Assembly: GCA_013416795.1 (NCBI GenBank)
Contig: RQSC01001361.1
Coordinates: 2,919 to 20,473, forward strand
From: Prasinococcaceae sp. CCMP 1430
Lineage: Eukaryota; Plantae; Prasinodermophyta
Length of the DNA stretch: 17,555 nucleotides
Direction of reading: 5' to 3'
In this document: positions 8,043 to 15,473 of the stretch, piece by piece
How positions within the stretch are numbered: the first letter of the stretch is position 1
Layout: each line of letters starts with the position of its first letter
Program-made: the position numbers and the translations under genes
Notes under the pieces: model-generated
Database searches by the model: none
What the model was told of the DNA's origin: nothing
What the model saw: only the letters and a program-made list of their open reading frames with translations

Positions 8043-9260
8043 ATGCGCACGGGCACGCCTTTGGCACGCTCCGCGAGTGGCGCGTGCTCTCGCGCGCAGA
8101 CGCGGCCGCGGCGATGGTGCGATGACAATGCGATCACGAGCTTCGTTTTCACGTCACTGACTGCGCCGCACTCTGGTCGCACACGCGCGGCGCGTGCACG
8201 CGCGCGCCGCAGCGCGCCACGCTCGCAAGCCATGCGCACCGGCACGCCTTTGGCACGCCCCGCGAGTGGCGCGTGCTCTCGCGCGCAGACGCGGCCGCGG
8301 CGATGGTGCGATGACAATGCGATCACGAGCTTCGTTTTCACGTCACTGACTGCGCCGCACTCTGGTCGCACACGCGCGGCGCGTGCACGCGCGCGCCGCA
8401 GCGCGCCACGCTCGCAAGCCATGCGCACCGGCACGCCTTTGGCACGCCCCGCGAGTGGCGCGTGCTCTCGCGCGCAGACGCGGCCGCGGCGATGGTGCGA
8501 TGACAATGCGATCACGAGCTTCGTTTTCACGTCACTGACTGCGCCGCACTCTGGTCGCACACGCGCGGCGCGTGCACGCGCGCGCCGCAGCGCGCCACGC
8601 TCGCAAGCCATGCGCACCGGCACGCCTTTGGCACGCCCCGCGAGTGGCGCGTGCTCTCGCGCGCAGACGCGGCCGCGGCGATGGTGCGATGACAATGCGA
8701 TCACGAGCTTCGTTTTCACGTCACTGACTGCGCCGCACTCTGGTCGCACACGCGCGGCGCGTGCACGCGCGCGCCGCAGCGCGCCACGCTCGCAAGCCAT
8801 GCGCACCGGCACGCCTTTGGCACGCCCCGCGAGTGGCGCGTGCTCTCGCGCGCAGACGCGGCCGCGGCGATGGTGCGATGACAATGCGATCACGAGCTTC
8901 GTTTTCACGTCACTGACTGCGCCGCACTCTGGTCGCACACGCGCGGCGCGTGCACGCGCGCGCCGCAGCGCGCCACGCTCGCAAGCCATGCGCACCGGCA
9001 CGCCTTTGGCACGCCCCGCGAGTGGCGCGTGCTCTCGCGCGCAGACGCGGCCGCGGCGATGGTGCGATGACAATGCGATCACGAGCTTCGTTTTCACGTC
9101 ACTGACTGCGCCGCACTCTGGTCGCACACGCGCGGCGCGTGCACGCGCGCGCCGCAGCGCGCCACGCTCGCAAGCCATGCGCACCGGCACGCCTTTGGCA
9201 CGCCCCGCGAGTGGCGCGTGCTCTCGCGCGCAGACGCGGCCGCGGCGATGGTGCGATGAC
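8043..9260 (+). repeat. 189-bp tandem satellite, 6 full units plus a partial one, cut by the N join at 9261
   Basis: Unit starts (ATG) at 8043, 8232, 8421, 8610, 8799, 8988, 9177. Units 2-6 look identical; unit 1 differs at 2 positions; a degenerate part-unit lies at ~7996-8042. Confidence 0.98.
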
Positions 9261-9328
9261 NGCCCGCCCCCCCCCCCTCCCCCCCCCTTCCTGACCCCCG
9301 CAGCTAGCTAGCTAGTCTAGCCTCCCCA

Positions 9329-11164
9329 ATGACACCACCAACAAATCCTCCCCACCAAACGACGCCGACGCCGACGGTGCACACCGTCTTCAGCACCGAG
9401 TGCACGCCCTACTTCGACTGGCAGAGCCTGGGCATGGCGTACACCCACCGCCTCGTCGGCCAGCCCGGCCGGCTGACGCGCCTGCTCGCGTGCGACGGCG
9501 AGCGGCTGGGGGCGTACCGCGCGGCCGGCCGCGTGGCGCTCGGCGCGCCCCACATGGAGACGCACGTGCACCCCAACTTCGCGCGCCACCCGAGCGGCGA
9601 CGTGTACGCGCCGTACAACAAGCCGGGCAGCGTGGACCACTGGCTGCGGCACGCCGATCCGCCCGTGACGGCCGACTACGTCATCGTCGCCGACGCCGAC
9701 ATGGTGCTGCGGAAGCCGCTGCTGCCGTTGGAGCTGGGCGCGCGGCCGGGGCGGCCGGTGGGCGCCAAGTTCGGCTACCTGCGCACGAACAACTACCTGT
9801 GCGAGCGGCACGTCGAGGCGTCCAAGCGCCACCTGTGCTCGCAGTGCGGCGGCTTCGTGGTCTACCACCGCCCGGACCTCGAGCGCGTGGCGCCGCTGTG
9901 GTACCACTACACCGACGTGATGCGCCACGACCCCGAGTCGTGGCACGACACGGGCGACGCGTACTGCGACGGCAAGCACCCGCCGTGGATCTCGGAGATG
10001 TACGGCTACATGTTCGCCGCGGCCAACGCCGGCGTGGAGCACGTCACCAACGGCGACTTCATGATGTACCCGGGCTACGTGCCCCCGGCGCGCATCGACC
10101 CGGGCCTGCTGCACTACGGCCTCGAGTTCCACGTCGAGGCGCCCGGCCGCCCCAAGTGGTCGTTCGACAAGCACGCGCACACCTCCAGGGACATGCTGGC
10201 GTGTCCGGGCGAGCTCTTCCCCGAGCCGCCCGACGAGGCCGCGCTCGCGGGCATGCCGCTCTCCGACGAGACGCGCGGCAAGCTGCTCGTCATCGAGAAT
10301 GCCAAGCTGCTCAACGCCGCGCTGGAGTGGCACCACAACGCCACGTGCGGCAACCGCGGCTCGCTGCGCGCCGACGGCGTCAGCGCCAAGTTCCACGTGC
10401 CCGTGCCGCAGAAGGCCACCGAGCTCTACGAGCTGCAGCGGCGGCGGCGGCGCTGCGTGGACCAGAACGACAGGTGCGCAATGTGGGCCGACCGGGGGGA
10501 GTGCCAGCAGAACGCGCCATTCATGCGCTCGCAGTGCGCGCGGAGCTGCGGCGAGTGCCAGGCCGCCGCCACGCCAGCCGCGGGGGGGGCCGGCCTGAGG
10601 GGCGGACGCGGCGGCAGCGGCGACGGAGCGGCCGAGCCAGAGGGCGCGACCGCCGCGACCTTCGAGTTCGCCGTGCGGCTGCCCGAGATTGCGGCCGCCG
10701 GCGAGGACGGCGCCGGCGAGGACGGCGCCGCCGAGGAGCAGCTCGCCGAGGACGGCGCCGGCGAGGAGCAGCTCGCCGAGGTCCTGCAGGATGACGTGGG
10801 CGAGGGGGGCGACCCGCTCGGGGGCGCCGACGTGGGGGCCATGCGGGCGCGCGAGGGCCACCGGGCGGGGGAGCTCCCGCGCGGCGGGGGGGGTCACGGG
10901 TTCGTCGTGCGCGCGGACGTCCGGTCGGGGGCGCCGGAGCGCGCGCGAGAGGCCGTGGAGGTCCGCCCGTTCCAGCGCGTGGAGCGCGCGCACGTGGGCA
11001 ACGTGGGCAGCAGGGACCTCTTCACCGGCGGGGCGGCCGTGTGGCTCGTCGCGGTGCTCGCGTTCGTGTGCGCGTGCTTCGCGCCGCCCGGGCGGAGGGG
11101 GGCGGGCGCGCCGCGCAGGGCCAAGCTGGCGGCGATGCAGCGGAGGCCCGCGGCGCGGCGCTGA
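9329..11164 (+). CDS. Peptidyl-serine alpha-galactosyltransferase (SGT1/SERGT1, GT96)-like glycosyltransferase with ShKT domain, acidic linker and C-terminal TM helix; 5' end possibly incomplete
   Basis: VHTVFSTECTPYFDWQ...GQPGRLTRLLAC, YAPYNKPGSV, DADM (DxD, 9692-9700) and WISEMYGYMF match GT96/GT95 motifs, and the FSxECxxYFDWQ start points to GT96. Six-Cys ShKT at 10454-10558; hydrophobic stretch at ~11033-11083; no signal peptide visible. Confidence 0.85.
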   Translation: MTPPTNPPHQTTPTPTVHTVFSTECTPYFDWQSLGMAYTHRLVGQPGRLTRLLACDGERLGAYRAAGRVALGAPHMETHVHPNFARHPSGDVYAPYNKPGSVDHWLRHADPPVTADYVIVADADMVLRKPLLPLELGARPGRPVGAKFGYLRTNNYLCERHVEASKRHLCSQCGGFVVYHRPDLERVAPLWYHYTDVMRHDPESWHDTGDAYCDGKHPPWISEMYGYMFAAANAGVEHVTNGDFMMYPGYVPPARIDPGLLHYGLEFHVEAPGRPKWSFDKHAHTSRDMLACPGELFPEPPDEAALAGMPLSDETRGKLLVIENAKLLNAALEWHHNATCGNRGSLRADGVSAKFHVPVPQKATELYELQRRRRRCVDQNDRCAMWADRGECQQNAPFMRSQCARSCGECQAAATPAAGGAGLRGGRGGSGDGAAEPEGATAATFEFAVRLPEIAAAGEDGAGEDGAAEEQLAEDGAGEEQLAEVLQDDVGEGGDPLGGADVGAMRAREGHRAGELPRGGGGHGFVVRADVRSGAPERAREAVEVRPFQRVERAHVGNVGSRDLFTGGAAVWLVAVLAFVCACFAPPGRRGAGAPRRAKLAAMQRRPAARR

Positions 11165-11255
11165 CGGCGCCGGCGACGACGGCTCGCTCGCTCGCCCGCT
11201 CGCTCGCCCGCGCGCGCGAATGCCATCGAGTGGATCACAGCGCGCAAATTGTACA

Positions 11256-11260
11256 TGTAA
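11256..11260 (+). terminator. TGTAA polyadenylation signal for the glycosyltransferase gene
   Basis: TGTAA ~90 nt after stop 11164, in an AT-richer patch; the known chlorophyte near-upstream element. Confidence 0.6.
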
Positions 11261-11331
11261 CGGAGAACAACGAATCGCAGCACCGGACGGGAGGGCGCGC
11301 CCGGCGCCCCGCGCCGCGGCGCCCGCGCTCC

Positions 11332-11843
11332 TCAGGCGTCCGCCATCCGGAGCGCGTAGTCGAGCGGCGTCTCGAGGCTCTTGACGCGCGTCTGCCCCCA
11401 CGTCTGCTCCTGGACGGGCAGCGTGGTGATGTAGTCGACGAGCGCCATGCTTGCGTCGTCCACCACCCCGAAAACGGTGAACTCGGCGCCCCATTCCCCG
11501 TGGTCGCCGACGGCGATGAAGAAGTCAGGCCCTTCGCCGATCAGGCACGCCATGCCGCGCGCCGCGCTCGGCTTGTTCTCCTGGCCGCCGGCGGGCACCT
11601 TGCGCGGCAGGCGGCCCTGCACGAGCGCGTACGGCGGGCCCGGGCCGCCGAAGTTGTCGGTCGCCCCGGGCTCGGGCAGGGCCTCGCTGCGGTACAGCTG
11701 GCACGCCGCGCCGCCGTCGCACTCGCCCCGCTCGGCGACGCTCGCCACGAGCGCCGCCGTGCGCGGCGCCGACCCCTCCAGCAGCCGCACGGTGATCCCG
11801 CCGACGCCGGCGACGTCGATCACCACGGCGCGCGGCGGCCACG
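11332..11843 (-). CDS. Divergent cyclophilin-type PPIase-fold protein (C-terminal part; 5' end in gap)
   Basis: Frame open from the gap (WPPRAVVIDV...ITVRLL...APRTAA...LYRSE...GPPYALVQG...RGMACLIGEGPDFFIAVGDHGEWGAEFTVFGVV). The cyclophilin-like FFI...H..W...FTVFG.V pattern is present; it resembles the atypical plant cyclophilin-like family as I recall it. Confidence 0.75.
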
Positions 11844-12341
11844 NNNNNNNNNNNNNNNNNNNNNNNNNNNNNNNNNNNNNNNNNNNNNNNNNNNNNNNNN
11901 NNNNNNNNNNNNNNNNNNNNNNNNNNNNNNNNNNNNNNNNNNNNNNNNNNNNNNNNNNNNNNNNNNNNNNNNNNNNNNNNNNNNNNNNNNNNNNNNNNNN
12001 NNNNNNNNNNNNNNNNNNNNNNNNNNNNNNNNNNNNNNNNNNNNNNNNNNNNNNNNNNNNNNNNNNNNNNNNNNNNNNNNNNNNNNNNNNNNNNNNNNNN
12101 NNNNNNNNNNNNNNNNNNNNNNNNNNNNNNNNNNNNNNNNNNNNNNNNNNNNNNNNNNNNNNNNNNNNNNNNNNNNNNNNNNNNNNNNNNNNNNNNNNNN
12201 NNNNNNNNNNNNNNNNNNNNNNNNNNNNNNNNNNNNNNNNNNNNNNNNNNNNNNNNNNNNNNNNNNNNNNNNNNNNNNNNNNNNNNNNNNNNNNNNNNNN
12301 NNNNNNNNNNNNNNNNNNNNNNNNNNNNNNNNNNNNNNNNN
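11844..12341. other. Assembly gap (498 N)
   Basis: N run. Confidence 1.
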
Positions 12342-13194
12342 CGCTGCGGCGCCGGCGGCGCGGCGAGCGCGGCCCGCTCCTCGCCCTCGGGTGCGTGGGA
12401 CGACCTCGCGCGCCGCGCGCTCATCGTCGTCATTGAGCGCCTGGGTGCCACCCGCGCGCACGCCGAAGCCTCCGAGGCAGAACTGGAGGCCCTGCGCGTC
12501 GCCGTGACCGGGGGCGGCGGCGCCCGCTTCGACCTCGTTCATCGCGTCGGCGCGTCCGCCGCCGGCGACTCGGCCGCGCGCGTCTGGTGCGCGTCGCGCG
12601 CGCCAGTCGCGCCGATAGCGGACACGGCATGCGCGGCAGCGCTGCTCGCGTCGCAGGGCGTGGGCGCGCATGGCGCGCGGGTGATCGCGTGCGCTTCCGA
12701 GACGCGCCAGCTGATGCGCTCGGCCGAACGGGCCTGCCCGCGGGCTCGCGCCACAATGCTCCTGCGCGCCGCGGGTCCCGAGGGAGGCGAGGACGCGCCC
12801 GCGGCGGCGGCGGTGCTGGCGGTTGTCGGCGCGGGGATGGTGGACGTCGACGCGCGCTGCTGCTGCGAGGTCGGGAATACTGCCCTCGCCCTGGCGGCCC
12901 TGTACGGCCGCCAACAGGTCGTGCGCGCGCTCCTAGCAGCGGGCGCGAGCGTCCGAGCGGACAACGCGCACGGCCACACGCCGCTCATGCTGGCGGCGTG
13001 GGAGGGTCACGCCCCCGTCGTGGAGTTGCTGCTCGAGCGCGGCGCCGACGCCGGCCAGCGCAGCGCCAGCGGTGGCACCGCCCTGCTGCGCGCGTCGACG
13101 GCGTCCTGCGTGCGGCTCCTGCTGGCTGCGGGGGCCGATCCGGAGGCGCGCAACTACGCCGGGTGGAGCCCACTGATGTTCGCGGCGGTCCGAG
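12342..13194 (+). CDS. Ankyrin-repeat protein, visible exon 1 (frame open from the gap; start not visible)
   Basis: Ankyrin repeats GNTALALAALYGRQQVVRALLAAGA, GHTPLMLAAWEGHAPVVELLLERGA, GGTALLRA...CVRLLLAAGAD, GWSPLMFAAVRG. The upstream frame also reads protein-like (WDDLARRALIVVIERLG...ELEALRVAV) back to 12342. Confidence 0.85.
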
Positions 13195-13590
13195 GTGCGC
13201 CCGCCCCTTCTTCCCCCCCCCCCCCTCCCGCTGNGCGCGCCGCCCCGCCCGCCGCCGCCGCCTGTGCCGCCCGCAAACCCCGCCGCCGATGGCGCGAGAT
13301 GCGGTATGCATCAAAACCTGAACCACGTCCCTCGAGTACGCGCGCTTCCGTATATCAAAACGAGTCATTCCATGCGACGAAGGAGACCCTACTTTGCAGC
13401 GCTCGCGTGTGCAGTCCGACCAGCCGCCCCCCGCGCGTGCCCCACCGCGAGCGCTTCCTTCAGCCTCTCGCGCCCGTGCCCGGCCGCTGCGAGTCGCGCC
13501 CGGGCCTCGCCCTCGACCTGTCTGACATCTCTCTCTCTCGCGCGCGCTCGCGCACTCTCCCGCGTGCGCGTGCCGGCTCGGCGACACCAG
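13195..13590 (+). other. GT-AG intron in the ankyrin gene
   Basis: Donor CGAG|GTGCGC, acceptor ACCAG|GAC. Removal restores a consensus ankyrin repeat SPLMFAAVRG-RAACVCALLEAG. Confidence 0.8.
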
Positions 13591-13799
13591 GACGCGCCGC
13601 GTGCGTGTGCGCGCTGCTCGAGGCGGGCGTCGCCAAGGACGCCGTTGGTCCGGCGGGGCGCACCGCGCTCGAGATCGCGCGCTCTCGGGGCCACGAGGAG
13701 TGCGTCCGGCTGCTGAGCGGCCCCAGCGACGCAGAGGGCAGCGTGCCGCCGCCCCGGCCGGCGGTCGCCGGCGCACGCACCAAAGCGGCGCACTCGTGA
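13591..13799 (+). CDS. Ankyrin-repeat protein, terminal exon
   Basis: RAACVCALLEAGVAKDAVGPAGRTALEIARSRGHEECVRLLSG...; stop TGA at 13797-13799. Confidence 0.85.
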
Positions 13800-14982
13800 G
13801 GAGCGGAGCGCGGTGCCGCACGAAGTCCTTTTTAGGTTCAGGGTTTATTTTCTGTCTAACCCCATACCGTCTGTACCCTAACTCCTCGGACCGCTCGGCG
13901 CACCCGCGCGCGCGCGCGGCGCGGGGCGGCGTTCGAATGGCGCGCGGAAGCGCGCTGCGGCACGACGGGGAAGAGAGCCCGCACCGGCCGCTTCGGACGC
14001 CCCCCCTCCCTCCTACCCTCATCTGACTGAGCCTCGCGCGCGGCCCTTCCTCCTTCCTCGGGCGCGCGGTGCGCGCCGGCACCGCACCGCGCTCGGGCCG
14101 CCGAATGTAGACAGACCTACGACCGAGTCCCTCATGTTTTGACCAGCGCGCCGTGTGGAACCGCGTGCTCACGCGGCGCGCGCGCGCCGCTGTGCCGGCC
14201 AGCGATCGATGGAAGGCCTTTTTTCGCGGAAAAAGGCCTCCGCCTTTTTTCGCGTACCGCGCGACCGACCGACCGACGGCGCGCGCTTTTTCGCGCGTCC
14301 AAATCCAGCGCCGCCCCGCAGACCGGCGCGCTTTTCCGCGCGTCTCGCGGCGCGCTTTGCGGTCTTTGCTCATCGAATTAAAGGCGAACGCATTCGGCGC
14401 AAAGCGAATCCAATCCGCTACACGCGGATTGGATGGATTTCCTTTGGCGCCGGCGTTTGTTTGCGCGTTTCATCCCGAGACTTTCGAAACGCGCGCACCC
14501 GACACCTGTGCGCTCGGCGCTTTCGCTCCCGCAGCTTCCGGTACATCAGCTTCCGGGCCCCGCGAACCCGGCAGCCCCGCGGCCGGCGGCCGGCGGCGGA
14601 AGCGAGCGCCAGTCGGTCGCGGGGTGAAGGGCCGGCGGCGCCGCGCCGCCAATTATTCCGTCCCTCAATTCGCGCTCGGTCGCGCGTTTCGCTCGGCGCG
14701 GCCTCGTCTCTCTTCCCATCACTCCTGGTGTCGCGGTCCCCTCGCGGCCGCGCGTTTCGCGCCCGCCCCTCCCGCCGGATGCCCCCCGCGGCCGCGCGNC
14801 TGCGCAAGGCGGCCTCGCTCGCACCCAGCAAGCACGGCGAGGGCGCCGCGCGGCGCTCACGCGCACGCGAACGATGGCGACGCGGCAAGGACAAGGCGTT
14901 GCTGTACGCCCGTGGGCAGCTAGTTCTGCCAAAATCGCCTGTGTGGGGCAAGGTGGTGAGGATGCTCGGATTGTTCGTGGTG

Positions 14983-15204
14983 ACGACAGTCGGCGTTTCG
15001 AGGACTCTTGAACGTCGACGGCGCAAAGCAATCTCCGACAGCTCCGCCACCGAAGCACCTCCAATTGCGCGCCGCGCGCCGCGATCGGGTGCTGACGCGC
15101 GCTCGCGTGGCGCCTCACCCGCGCCCGACGCGTTCGCGCCCACTCCCCCGGCCCCGCACGCCTCACAGGACGCGCTGTCGATGGCCGGCGGTGGCTCCCA
15201 GTAG
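14983..15204 (+). promoter_or_regulatory. Putative conserved-peptide uORF of VTC2/GGP (ACG start 14983, 73 aa; alternative in-frame ATG at 14962)
   Basis: ACG-initiated peptide TTVGVSRTLERRRRKAIS...RSRGASPAPDAF...QDALSMAGGGSQ* matches the recalled plant GGP uORF landmarks in order (T..GVSR.L, RRK, RGALP, DLLFLAGGG). It ends 270 nt upstream of the VTC2 ATG. Confidence 0.65.
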
Positions 15205-15473
15205 AGGTATAGTAGGAGTGGGCAGCACAGCAACCGCACGCGCGACTTACGAGAGCGACAACCGCTCGACCGGCGCGACACGGGGCTTCGGGAGGCGGCA
15301 GCGCACCGCGCCCTCCCTCTCTTCCCTGGAGCAAGCCTCCTCGCGCCGCCCGCCAGGCGACGGCCGCGGGCCGCCGCGGGCGCCAGGCGCACAAGCAGCC
15401 CACGCACACACACACACACACGCGCGCGCGCTCGCAGGAGCGAGAGGCCCGACCGCTCTCCTCTGCGGCGACG

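Noticed and set aside
8116-8170. Box C/D snoRNA in each 189-bp unit (GCGATGA...CTGA)
   Set aside because: The C box is imperfect, only ~31 nt separate C and D (no room for C'/D'), and I recognised no convincing rRNA-complementary guide.
8030-9311. 422-aa and 386-aa ORFs across the 189-bp array
   Set aside because: They follow from a stop-free 3n monomer; they are Arg/Ala-rich, have no domain, and are open on both strands.
9317-11494. 725-aa minus-strand ORF (likewise 14418-17297, 936-1304 and others)
   Set aside because: Antisense mirror frames of real GC3-rich genes, with no independent motifs.
13931-13938. GTTCGAAT as a tRNA T-loop / Pol III B box
   Set aside because: No cloverleaf or A box in the flanks, and the final consensus C is missing.
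14155-15204. 349-aa ORF as a whole protein-coding gene
   Set aside because: It spans an N join and promoter-like palindromic DNA and has low-complexity Arg-rich content; only the last ~75-80 codons show meaningful similarity (the uORF).
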